64,000 nt of DNA, taken from NCBI GenBank assembly GCA_964016885.1, contig OZ024741.1:31310001-31374000 (forward strand). The letters run 5' to 3'. Position numbers and translations under genes: made by a program. Within the stretch, counting starts at the first letter, position 1, and every line of letters begins with the position of its first letter. This DNA is from Eledone cirrhosa (lineage: Eukaryota). Below the pieces are notes generated by a model. It searched no databases and was not told the origin of the DNA. It saw nothing but the letters and a program-made list of their open reading frames with translations. Of this stretch, positions 35,500 to 51,330 are shown in pieces.

Positions 35500-38400
35500 C
35501 ACATATATACAGTAAGACACATATATACTGTAAGACACATATATACTGTAAGACACGTATATACTGTAAGACACATATATATACTGTAAGACACATAGAT
35601 ACTGTAAGACACATATATACTGTAAGAAACATATATACTGTAAGACACGTATATATACTGTAAGACACATATATACTGTAAGATACATATATACTGTAAG
35701 ACACATATATACTGTAAGACACATATATACTGTAAGACACGTATATATACTGTAAGACACATATATACTGTAAGACACATATATACTGTAAGACACGTAT
35801 ATACTGTAAGACACATATATATACTGTAAGACACATATATACTGTAAGACACATATATACTGTAAGACACGTATATACTGTAAGACACGTATATACTGTA
35901 AGACACATATATATACTGTAAGACACATATATACTGTAACACACATATATACTGTAAGACACATATATACTGTAAGACACATATATACTGTAAGACACAT
36001 ATATATACTGTAAGACACATATATATACTGTAAGACACATATATATACTGTAAGACACATATATATAATGTAAGACACATAGATACTGTAAGACACATAT
36101 ATATACTGTAAGACACATATATACTGTAAGACACATATTTACTGTAAGACACATATATACTGTAAGACACATATATATTGTAAGACACATATATACAGTA
36201 AGACACATATATACTGTAAGACACATATATACTGTAAGACACGTATATACTGTAAGACACATATATATACTGTAAGACACATAGATACTGTAAGACACAT
36301 ATATACTGTAAGAAACATATATACTGTAAGACACGTATATATACTGTAAGACACATATATACTGTAAGATACATATATACTGTAAGACACATATATACTG
36401 TAAGACACATATATACTGTAAGACACGTATATATACTGTAAGACACATATATACTGTAAGACACATATATACTGTAAAACACGTATATACTGTAAGACAC
36501 ATATATATACTGTAAGACACATATATACTGTAAGACACATATATACTGTAAGACACGTATATACTGTAAGACACGTATATACTGTAAGACACATATATAT
36601 ACTGTAAGACACATATATACTGTAACACACATATATACTGTAAGACACATATATACTGTAAGATACATATATACTGTAAGACACATATATATACTGTAAG
36701 ACACATATATATACTGTAAGACACATATATATACTGTAAGACACATATATATAATGTAAGACACATAGATACTGTAAGACACATATATATACTGTAAGAC
36801 ACATAGATACTGTAAGACACATATATACTGTAAGACACATATATATACTGTAAGACACATAGATACTGTAAGACACATATATACTGTAAGACACATATAT
36901 ACTGTAAGACACATATATATACTGTAAGACACATATATATACTGTAAGACACATATATACTGTAAGACACATATATGCTTTAAGACACATATATACTGTA
37001 AGACACATATATACTGTAAGACACATATATATACTGTAAGACACATATATATACTGTAAGACACATAGATACTGTAAGACACAGATATACTGTAAGACAC
37101 ATAGATACTGTAAGACACATATATATAGTGTAAGACACATATATATACTGTAAGGCACATAGATACTGTAAGACACATATATACTGTAAGACACATATAT
37201 ACTGTAAGACACATATATACTGTAAGACACATATATTTACTGTAAGACACATAGATACTGTAAGACACATATATAGTGTAAGACACATAGATACTGTAAG
37301 ACACATATATACTGTAAGACACATATATACTGTAAGACACATAGATACTGTAAGACACATATATACTGTAAGACACATATATACTGTAAGACACATATAT
37401 ACTGTAAGTCACATATATAATGTATGACACATATATACTGTAAGACACATATATATACTGTAAGACACATATATACTGTAAGACACATATATACTGTAAA
37501 ACACATATATACTGTAAGGCACATATATATACTGTAAGACACATATATACTGTAAGACACATATATACCGTAAGACACATATATAATGTAAGACACATAT
37601 ATACTGTAAGACACATATATACTGTAAGACACGTATATATACTGTAAGACACATATATACTGTAAGACACATAGATACTGTAAGACACATATATATACTG
37701 TAAGACACATATATACTGTAAGACACATATTTACTGTAAGACACATATATACTGTAAGACACATATATATTGTACGACACATATATACAGTAAGACACAT
37801 ATATACTGTAAGACACATATATACTGTAAGACAGATATATACTGTAAGACACATATATATACTGTAAGACACATAGATACTGTAAGACACATATATATAC
37901 TGTAAGACACATATATACTGTAAGACACATATATACTGTAAGACACATATATATACTGTAAGACACATATATACTGTAAGACACATATATACTGTAAGAC
38001 ACATATATACTGTAAGACACATATATACTGTAAGACACATATATACTGTAAGACACATAGATACTGTAAGACACATATATACTGTAAGACAGATATATAC
38101 TGTAAGACACGTATATATACTGTAAGAGACATATATACTGTAAGACACATATATACTGTAAGACACATATATACTGTAAGACACATAGATACTGTAAGAC
38201 ACATATATACTGTAAGACACATATATACTGTAAGACACATATATACTGTAAGACACATATATACCGTAAGACACATATATACTGTAAGACACATATATAC
38301 TGTAAGACACATATATACTGTAAGACACGTATATATACTGTAAGACACATATATACTGTAAGACACATAGATACTGTAAGACACATATATATACTGTAAG

Positions 38401-38640
38401 ACACATATATACTGTAAGACACATATTTACTGTAAGACACATATATACTGTAAGACACATATATATTGTAAGACACATATATACAGTAAGACACATATAT
38501 TCTGTAAGACACATATATACTGTAAGACAGATATATACTGTAAGACACATATATATACTGTAAGACACATAGATACTGTAAGACACATATATACTGTAAG
38601 AAACATATATACTGTAAGACACGTATATATACTGTAAGAC
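35500..38640. repeat. Array domain B (first copy): variant-rich block with an internal 686-bp duplication and runs of consecutive 20-mers
   Basis: Domain-specific variants: GTAAGAAAC (35628, 36314, 38602), 18-bp CACGTATAT units, GTAAGTCACATATATAATGTATGAC (~37405), ATGCTTTAAG (~36977) and TTGTACGAC (37775). Four 20-mers occur in a row at ~35990-36070. Confidence 0.85.
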
Positions 38641-40560
38641 ACATATACTTTAAGACACATATATACTGTAAGACACATAGATACTGTAAGACACATAGAT
38701 ACTGTAAGACACATATATACTGTAAGACACATATATACTGTAAGACACATATATACTGTAAGACACATATATACTGTAAGACACATAGATACTGTAAGAC
38801 ACATTTATACTGTAAGACACAACTATACTGTAAGACACATATATACTGTAAGACACATATATACTGTAAGACACATATATGCTGTAAGACACATATATAC
38901 TGTAAGACACATATATACTGTAAGACACATAGATACTGGAAGACACATAGATACTGTAAGACACATATATACTGTAAGACACATAGATACTGTAAGACAC
39001 ATAGATACTGTAAGACAAATATATACTGTAAGACACATAGATACTGTAGGACACATATATACTGTAAGACACATCTATACTGTGAGACATATATACTGTA
39101 AGACATATATATACTGTAAGACACATATATACTGTAAGACACATATATACTGTAAGACACATATACTGTAAGACATATATATACTGTAAGACACATATAT
39201 ACTGTAAGACATATATACTGTAAGACACATAGATACTGTAAGACCAATATATACTGTAAGACACATATATACTGTAAGACACATAGATACTGTAAGACAC
39301 ATAGATACTGTAAGACACATATATACTGTAAGACACATATATACTGTAAGACACATATATACTGTAAGACACATATATACTGTAAGACACATAGATACTG
39401 TAAGACACTTATATACTGTAAGACACATATATACTGTAAGACACATATATACTGTAAGACACATATATATTGTAAGACACATATATACTGTAAGACACAT
39501 ATATACTGTAAGACACATATATACTGTAAGACACATATATACTGTAAGACACATATATACTGTAAGACACATATATACTGTAAGACACATATATACTGTA
39601 AGACATATATATACTGGAAGACACATATATACTGTAAGACATATGTATACTGGAAGACACATATATACTGTAAGACACATATATATACTGTAAGACACAT
39701 ATATACTGTAAGACACATATATACTGTAAGACAAATATATACTGTAAGACACACATATACTGTAAGACACATATATACTGCAAGACATATATATACTGGA
39801 AGACACATATATACTGTAAGACACATATATATACTGTAAGACACATAGATACTGTAAGACACATATATATACTGTAAGACACATATATACTGTAAGACAC
39901 ATATATACTGTAAGACACATATATACTGTAAGACACATATATACTGTAAGACACATAGATACTGTAAGACACATATATATACTGTAAGACACATATATAC
40001 TGTAAGACACATATATACTGTAAGACACATATATACTGTAAGACACATATATATACTGTAAGACACATATATATATACTGTAAGACACATATATACCGTA
40101 AGACACATATATATACTGTAAGACACATAGATACTGTAAGACACATATATATACTGTAAGACACATATATACTGTAAGACATATATATACTGTAAGACAC
40201 ATATATATACTGTAAGACACATATATACTGTAAGACACATATATACTGTAAAACACATAGATACTGTAAGACACATATATACTGTAAGACACATAGATAC
40301 TGTAAGACACATATATACTGTAAGACAAATAGATACTGTAAGACACATATATACTGTAAGACACATAGATACTGTAAGACACATATATACTGTAAGACAC
40401 ATCTATACTGTAAGACATATATACTGTAAGACATATATATACTGTAAGACACATATATACTGTAAGACACATATATACTGTAAGACACATATACTGTAAG
40501 ACATATATATACTGTAAGACACATATATACTGTAAGACATATATACTGTAAGACACATAG
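38640..40560. repeat. Array domain C (first copy): block rich in 16-bp monomers and CTGGAAG variants
   Basis: 16-mers ACTGTAAGACATATAT and ACTGTAAGACACATAT are present. Markers are CTGTGAGAC (~39083), CACAACTAT (~38820), ATATGTATACTGGAAG (39645) and GACCAAT (~39243). Confidence 0.85.
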
Positions 40561-42099
40561 ATACTGTAAGACACATATATACTGTAAGACACATATATAC
40601 TGTAAGACACATATATACTGTAAGACACATATATATTGTAAGACACATATATACTGTAAGACACATAGATACAGTAAGACACATATATACTGTAAGACAC
40701 ATATATATACTGTAAGACACATATATACTGTAAGACACATATATATAGTAAGACACATATATACTGTAAGACACATATATTTACTGTAAGACACATATAT
40801 ACTGTAAGACACATATATACTGTAAGACACATATATACTGTAAGACACATAGATACCCTAAGGCACATATATATACTGTAAGACACATAGATACTGTAAG
40901 ACACCTATATACTCTAAGACACATATATATACTGTAAGACACATATATACTGTAAGACACATATATACTGTAAGACACGTATATATACTGTAAGACACAT
41001 ATATACTGTAAGACACATATATACTGTAAGACACGTATATATACTGTAAGACAAATATATACTGTAAGACACATATATTTACTGTAAGACACATATATAC
41101 TGTAAGACACATATATACTGTAAGACACATATATACTGTAAGACACATATATACTGTAAGACACATATATACTGTAAGACACATAGATACTGTAAGACAC
41201 ATATATATACTGTAAGACACATAGATACTGTAAGACACATATATACTGTAAGACACATATATATACTGTAAGACACATATATACTGTAAGACACATATAT
41301 ACTGTAAGACACATATATACTGTAAGACACATAGATACTGTAAGACACATATATATACTGTTAGACACATAGATACTGTAAGACACATATATACTGTAAG
41401 ACACATATATACTGTAAGACACATATATATTGTAAGACACATATATACTGTAAGACACATAGATACTGTAAGACACATAGATACTGTAAGACACATATAT
41501 ATACTGTAAGACACATAGATACTGTAAGACACATATATACTGTAAGACACATATATACTGTAAGACACATATATACTGTAAGACACATATATTTACTGTA
41601 AGACACATATATACTGTAAGACACATATATACTGTAAGACACATATATATAGTAAGACACATATATACTGTAAGACACATATATTTACTGTAAGACACAT
41701 ATATACTGTAAGACACATATATACTGTAAGACACATATATACTGTAAGACACATAGATACTGTAAGGGACATATATATACTTTAAGACACATAGATACTG
41801 TAAGAGACCTATATACTCTAAGACACATATATATACTGTAAGACACATATATACTGTAAGACACATATATACTGTAAGACACGTATATATACTGTAAGAC
41901 ACATATATACTGTAAGACACATATATACTGTAAGACACGTATATATACTGTAAGACAAATATATACTGTAAGACACATATATTTACTGTAAGACACATAT
42001 ATACTGTAAGACACATATATACTGTAAGACACATATATACTGTAAGACACATATATACTGTAAGACACATAGATACTGTAAGACACATATATATACTGT

Positions 42100-45000
42100 A
42101 AGACACATAGATACTGTATGACACATATATACTGTAAGACACATATATATACTGTAAGACACATATATACTGTAAGACACATATATACTGTAAGACACAT
42201 ATATACTGTAAGACACATAGATACTGTAAGACACATATATATACTGTAAGACACATAGATACTGTAAGACACATATATACTGTAAGACACATATATACTG
42301 TAAGACACATATATATTGTAAGACACATATATACTGTAAGACACATAGATACTGTAAGACACATAGATACTGTAAGACACATATATATACTGTAAGACAC
42401 ATAGATACTGTAAGACACATATATACTGTAAGAGACATATATACTGTAAGACACATATATACTGTAAGACACATATATTTACTGTAAGACACATATATAC
42501 TGTAAGACACATATATACTGTAAGACACATATATACTGTAAGACACATAGATACTGTAAGACACATAGATACTGTAAGACACATATATATACTGTAAGAC
42601 AAATAGATACTGTAAGACACATATATACTGTAAGACACATATATACTGTAAGACACATATATACTGTAAGACACGTAGATACTGTAAGACACATAGATAC
42701 TGTAAGACACATATATATACTGTAAGACACATAGATACTGTAAGACACATATATACTGTAAGACACATATATACTGTAAGACACATATATTTACTGTAAG
42801 ACACATATATACTGTAAGACACATATATACTGTAAGACACATAGATACTGTAAGACACATGGTTACTGTAAGACACATATATATACTGTAAGACACATAG
42901 ATACTGTAAGACACATATATACTGTAAGACACATATATATACTGTAAGACACATATATACTGTAAGACACATAGATACTGTAAGACACATAGATACTGTA
43001 AGACACATGTATACTGTAAGACACATATATACTGTAAGACACATATATACTGTAAGACACATAGATACTGTAAGACACATATATATACTGTAAGACACAT
43101 ATATACTGTAAGACACATATATACTGTAAGACACATATATACTGTAAGACACATATATATACTGTAAGACACATATATACTGTAAGACACATATATACTG
43201 TAAGACACATATATACTGTAAGACACATATATACTGTAAGACACATATATGCTGTAAGTCACATAGATACTGTAAGACACATATATACTGTAAGACACAT
43301 ATATACTGTAAGACACGTATATATACTGTAAGAGACATATATACTGTAAGACACATATATACTGTAAGACACATATATACTGTAAGACACATAGATACTG
43401 TAAGACACATATATACTGTAAGACACATATATACTGTAAGACACATATATACTGTAAGACACATATATACCGTAAGACACATATATACTGTAAGACACAT
43501 ATATACTGTAAGACACATATATACTGTAAGACACGTATATATACTGTAAGACACATATATACTGTAAGACACATAGATACTGTAAGACACATATATATAC
43601 TGTAAGACACATATATACTGTAAGACACATATTTACTGTAAGACACATATATACTGTAAGACACATATATATTGTAAGACACATATATACAGTAAGACAC
43701 ATATATACTGTAAGACACATATATACTGTAAGACACGTATATACTGTAAGACACATATATATACTGTAAGACACATAGATACTGTAAGACACATATATAC
43801 TGTAAGAAACATATATACTGTAAGACACGTATATATACTGTAAGACACATATATACTGTAAGATACATATATACTGTAAGACACATATATACTGTAAGAC
43901 ACATATATACTGTAAGACACGTATATATACTGTAAGACACATATATACTGTAAGACACATATATACTGTAAGACACGTATATACTGTAAGACACATATAT
44001 ATACTGTAAGACACATATATACTGTAAGACACATATATACTGTAAGACACGTATATACTGTAAGACACGTATATACTGTAAGACACATATATATACTGTA
44101 AGACACATATATACTGTAACACACATATATACTGTAAGACACATATATACTGTAAGACACATATATACTGTAAGACACATATATATACTGTAAGACACAT
44201 ATATATACTGTAAGACACATATATATAATGTAAGACACATAGATACTGTAAGACACATATATATACTGTAAGACACATATATACTGTAAGACACATATTT
44301 ACTGTAAGACACATATATACTGTAAGACACATATATATTGTAAGACACATATATACAGTAAGACACATATATACTGTAAGACACATATATACTGTAAGAC
44401 ACGCATATACTGTAAGACACATATATATACTGTAAGACACATAGATACTGTAAGACACATATATACTGTAAGAAACATATATACTGTAAGACACGTATAT
44501 ATACTGTAAGACACATATATACTGTAAGATACATATATACTGTAAGACACATATATACTGTAAGACACATATATACTGTAAGACACGTATATATACTGTA
44601 AGACACATATATACTGTAAGACACATATATACTGTAAAACACGTATATACTGTAAGACACATATATATACTGTAAGACACATATATACTGTAAGACACAT
44701 ATATACTGTAAGACACGTATATACTGTAAGACACGTATATACTGTAAGACACATATATATACTGTAAGACACATATATACTGTAACACACATATATACTG
44801 TAAGACACATATATACTGTAAGATACATATATACTGTAAGACACATATATATACTGTAAGACACATATATATACTGTAAGACACATATATATACTGTAAG
44901 ACACATATATATAATGTAAGACACATAGATACTGTAAGACACATATATATACTGTAAGACACATAGATACTGTAAGACACATATATACTGTAAGACACAT

Positions 45001-48000
45001 ATATATACTGTAAGACACATAGATACTGTAAGACACATATATACTGTAAGACACATATATACTGTAAGACACATATATATACTGTAAGACACATATATAT
45101 ACTGTAAGACACATATATACTGTAAGACACATATATGCTTTAAGACACATATATACTGTAAGACACATATATACTGTAAGACACATATATATACTGTAAG
45201 ACACATATATATACTGTAAGACACATAGATACTGTAAGACACAGATATACTGTAAGACACATAGATACTGTAAGACACATATATATAGTGTAAGACACAT
45301 ATATATACTGTAAGGCACATAGATACTGTAAGACACATATATACTGTAAGACACATATATACTGTAAGACACATATATACTGTAAGACACATATATTTAC
45401 TGTAAGACACATAGATACTGTAAGACACATATATAGTGTAAGACACATAGATACTGTAAGACACATATATACTGTAAGACACATATATACTGTAAGACAC
45501 ATAGATACTGTAAGACACATATATACTGTAAGACACATATATACTGTAAGACACATATATACTGTAAGTCACATATATAATGTATGACACATATATACTG
45601 TAAGACACATATATATACTGTAAGACACATATATACTGTAAGACACATATATACTGTAAAACACATATATACTGTAAGGCACATATATATACTGTAAGAC
45701 ACATATATACTGTAAGACACATATATACCGTAAGACACATATATAATGTAAGACACATATATACTGTAAGACACATATATACTGTAAGACACATAGATAC
45801 TGTAAGACACATATATATACTGTAAGACACATATATACTGTAAGACACATATTTACTGTAAGACACATATATACTGTAAGACACATATATATTGTACGAC
45901 ACATATATACAGTAAGACACATATATACTGTAAGACACATATATACTGTAAGACAGATATATACTGTAAGACACATATATATACTGTAAGACACATAGAT
46001 ACTGTAAGACACATATATATACTGTAAGACACATATATACTGTAAGACACATATATACTGTAAGACACATATATATACTGTAAGACACATATATACTGTA
46101 AGACACATATATACTGTAAGACACATATATACTGTAAGACACATATATACTGTAAGACACATATATACTGTAAGACACATAGATACTGTAAGACACATAT
46201 ATACTGTAAGACAGATATATACTGTAAGACACGTATATATACTGTAAGAGACATATATACTGTAAGACACATATATACTGTAAGACACATATATACTGTA
46301 AGACACATATATACTGTAAGACACGTATATACTGTAAGACACGTATATACTGTAAGACACATATATATACTGTAAGACACATAGATACTGTAAGACACAT
46401 ATATATACTGTAAGACACATATATACTGTAAGACACATATATACTGTAAGACACATATATATACTGTAAGACACATATATACTGTAAGACACATATATAC
46501 TGTAAGACACATATATACTGTAAGACACATATATACTGTAAGACACATATATACTGTAAGACACATAGATACTGTAAGACACATATATACTGTAAGACAG
46601 ATATATACTGTAAGACACGTATATATACTGTAAGAGACATATATACTGTAAGACACATATATACTGTAAGACACATATATACTGTAAGACACATATATAC
46701 TGTAAGACACGTATATACTGTAAGACACGTATATACTGTAAGACACATATATATACTGTAAGACACATATATACTGTAACACACATATATACTGTAAGAC
46801 ACATATATACTGTAAGACACATATATACTGTAAGACACATATATATACTGTAAGACACATATATATACTGTAAGACACATATATATAATGTAAGACACAT
46901 AGATACTGTAAGACACATATATATACTGTAAGACACATATATACTGTAAGACACATATTTACTGTAAGACACATATATACTGTAAGACACATATATATTG
47001 TAAGACACATATATACAGTAAGACACATATATACTGTAAGACACATATATACTGTAAGACACGTATATACTGTAAGACACATATATATACTGTAAGACAC
47101 ATAGATACTGTAAGACACATATATACTGTAAGAAACATATATACTGTAAGACACGTATATATACTGTAAGACACATATATACTGTAAGATACATATATAC
47201 TGTAAGACACATATATACTGTAAGACACATATATACTGTAAGACACGTATATATACTGTAAGACACATATATACTGTAAGACACATATATACTGTAAAAC
47301 ACGTATATACTGTAAGACACATATATATACTGTAAGACACATATATACTGTAAGACACATATATACTGTAAGACACGTATATACTGTAAGACACGTATAT
47401 ACTGTAAGACACATATATATACTGTAAGACACATATATACTGTAACACACATATATACTGTAAGACACATATATACTGTAAGATACATATATACTGTAAG
47501 ACACATATATATACTGTAAGACACATATATATACTGTAAGACACATATATATACTGTAAGACACATATATATAATGTAAGACACATAGATACTGTAAGAC
47601 ACATATATATACTGTAAGACACATAGATACTGTAAGACACATATATACTGTAAGACACATATATATACTGTAAGACACATAGATACTGTAAGACACATAT
47701 ATACTGTAAGACACATATATACTGTAAGACACATATATATACTGTAAGACACATATATATACTGTAAGACACATATATACTGTAAGACACATATATGCTT
47801 TAAGACACATATATACTGTAAGACACATATATACTGTAAGACACATATATATACTGTAAGACACATATATATACTGTAAGACACATAGATACTGTAAGAC
47901 ACAGATATACTGTAAGACACATAGATACTGTAAGACACATATATATAGTGTAAGACACATATATATACTGTAAGGCACATAGATACTGTAAGACACATAT

Positions 48001-51000
48001 ATACTGTAAGACACATATATACTGTAAGACACATATATACTGTAAGACACATATATTTACTGTAAGACACATAGATACTGTAAGACACATATATAGTGTA
48101 AGACACATAGATACTGTAAGACACATATATACTGTAAGACACATATATACTGTAAGACACATAGATACTGTAAGACACATATATACTGTAAGACACATAT
48201 ATACTGTAAGACACATATATACTGTAAGTCACATATATAATGTATGACACATATATACTGTAAGACACATATATATACTGTAAGACACATATATACTGTA
48301 AGACACATATATACTGTAAAACACATATATACTGTAAGGCACATATATATACTGTAAGACACATATATACTGTAAGACACATATATACCGTAAGACACAT
48401 ATATAATGTAAGACACATATATACTGTAAGACACATATATACTGTAAGACACATAGATACTGTAAGACACATATATATACTGTAAGACACATATATACTG
48501 TAAGACACATATTTACTGTAAGACACATATATACTGTAAGACACATATATATTGTACGACACATATATACAGTAAGACACATATATACTGTAAGACACAT
48601 ATATACTGTAAGACAGATATATACTGTAAGACACATATATATACTGTAAGACACATAGATACTGTAAGACACATATATATACTGTAAGACACATATATAC
48701 TGTAAGACACATATATACTGTAAGACACATATATATACTGTAAGACACATATATACTGTAAGACACATATATACTGTAAGACACATATATACTGTAAGAC
48801 ACATATATACTGTAAGACACATATATACTGTAAGACACATAGATACTGTAAGACACATATATACTGTAAGACAGATATATACTGTAAGACACGTATATAT
48901 ACTGTAAGAGACATATATACTGTAAGACACATATATACTGTAAGACACATATATACTGTAAGACACATAGATACTGTAAGACACATATATACTGTAAGAC
49001 ACATATATACTGTAAGACACATATATACTGTAAGACACATATATAGCGTAAGACACATATATACTGTAAGACACATATATACTGTAAGACACATATATAC
49101 TGTAAGACACGTATATATACTGTAAGACACATATATACTGTAAGACACATAGATACTGTAAGACACATATATATACTGTAAGACACATATATACTGTAAG
49201 ACACATATTTACTGTAAGACACATATATACTGTAAGACACATATATATTGTAAGACACATATATACAGTAAGACACATATATTCTGTAAGACACATATAT
49301 ACTGTAAGACAGATATATACTGTAAGACACATATATATACTGTAAGACACATAGATACTGTAAGACACATATATACTGTAAGAAACATATATACTGTAAG
49401 ACACGTATATATACTGTAAGACACATATACTTTAAGACACATATATACTGTAAGACACATAGATACTGTAAGACACATAGATACTGTAAGACACATATAT
49501 ACTGTAAGACACATATATACTGTAAGACACATATATACTGTAAGACACATATATACTGTAAGACACATAGATACTGTAAGACACATTTATACTGTAAGAC
49601 ACAACTATACTGTAAGACACATATATACTGTAAGACACATATATACTGTAAGACACATATATGCTGTAAGACACATATATACTGTAAGACACATATATAC
49701 TGTAAGACACATAGATACTGGAAGACACATAGATACTGTAAGACACATATATACTGTAAGACACATAGATACTGTAAGACACATAGATACTGTAAGACAA
49801 ATATATACTGTAAGACACATAGATACTGTAGGACACATATATACTGTAAGACACATCTATACTGTGAGACATATATACTGTAAGACATATATATACTGTA
49901 AGACACATATATACTGTAAGACACATATATACTGTAAGACACATATACTGTAAGACATATATATACTGTAAGACACATATATACTGTAAGACATATATAC
50001 TGTAAGACACATAGATACTGTAAGACCAATATATACTGTAAGACACATATATACTGTAAGACACATAGATACTGTAAGACACATAGATACTGTAAGACAC
50101 ATATATACTGTAAGACACATATATACTGTAAGACACATATATACTGTAAGACACATATATACTGTAAGACACATAGATACTGTAAGACACTTATATACTG
50201 TAAGACACATATATACTGTAAGACACATATATACTGTAAGACACATATATATTGTAAGACACATATATACTGTAAGACACATATATACTGTAAGACACAT
50301 ATATACTGTAAGACACATATATACTGTAAGACACATATATACTGTAAGACACATATATACTGTAAGACACATATATACTGTAAGACATATATATACTGGA
50401 AGACACATATATACTGTAAGACATATGTATACTGGAAGACACATATATACTGTAAGACACATATATATACTGTAAGACACATATATACTGTAAGACACAT
50501 ATATACTGTAAGACAAATATATACTGTAAGACACACATATACTGTAAGACACATATATACTGCAAGACATATATATACTGGAAGACACATATATACTGTA
50601 AGACACATATATATACTGTAAGACACATAGATACTGTAAGACACATATATATACTGTAAGACACATATATACTGTAAGACACATATATACTGTAAGACAC
50701 ATATATACTGTAAGACACATATATACTGTAAGACACATAGATACTGTAAGACACATATATATACTGTAAGACACATATATACTGTAAGACACATATATAC
50801 TGTAAGACACATATATACTGTAAGACACATATATATACTGTAAGACACATATATATATACTGTAAGACACATATATACCGTAAGACACATATATATACTG
50901 TAAGACACATAGATACTGTAAGACACATATATATACTGTAAGACACATATATACTGTAAGACATATATATACTGTAAGACACATATATATACTGTAAGAC

Positions 51001-51330
51001 ACATATATACTGTAAGACACATATATACTGTAAAACACATAGATACTGTAAGACACATATATACTGTAAGACACATAGATACTGTAAGACACATATATAC
51101 TGTAAGACAAATAGATACTGTAAGACACATATATACTGTAAGACACATAGATACTGTAAGACACATATATACTGTAAGACACATCTATACTGTAAGACAT
51201 ATATACTGTAAGACATATATATACTGTAAGACACATATATACTGTAAGACACATATATACTGTAAGACACATATACTGTAAGACATATATATACTGTAAG
51301 ACACATATATACTGTAAGACATATATACTG
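42100..51330. repeat. Large segmental duplicate of ~33900-40550 (end of domain A + B + C), expanded by an internal 2660-bp duplication
   Basis: CTGTATGAC 33938/42119 (offset 8181), GGTT 34681/42861 (8180), GAAAC 36314/44474 (8160), TGTACG 37775/48557 and ATGTATAC 39645/50427 (10782). ORFs 38650..39408 and 49432..50190 are identical. Confidence 0.9.
44040..48950. repeat. 2660-bp-offset direct duplication of domain B (~44040-46290 and ~46700-48950) with a 386-bp local duplication at the junction
   Basis: GAAAC 44474/47134, TGTACG 45897/48557 and ACTGTAAGAG 46241/48901. ORFs 45140..45556 and 47800..48216 are identical. GACAGATAT occurs at 46214/46600 (386 bp). Confidence 0.88.

Larger units (their letters stand above)
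1..35500. repeat. Array domain A: higher-order repeats built from reshuffled marker modules
   Basis: Diagnostic variants: GTAAGCCAC (1528, 6621, 11347, 14223, 17145, 19993, 22603, 25105, 28851, 31747; not seen later), CATGGTTAC (3613, 8596, 15872, 27782, 30678, 34681), CACCTATATACTCT, and the frequent 20-mer ending ATATATTT. 16-bp monomers are rare. Confidence 0.85.
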
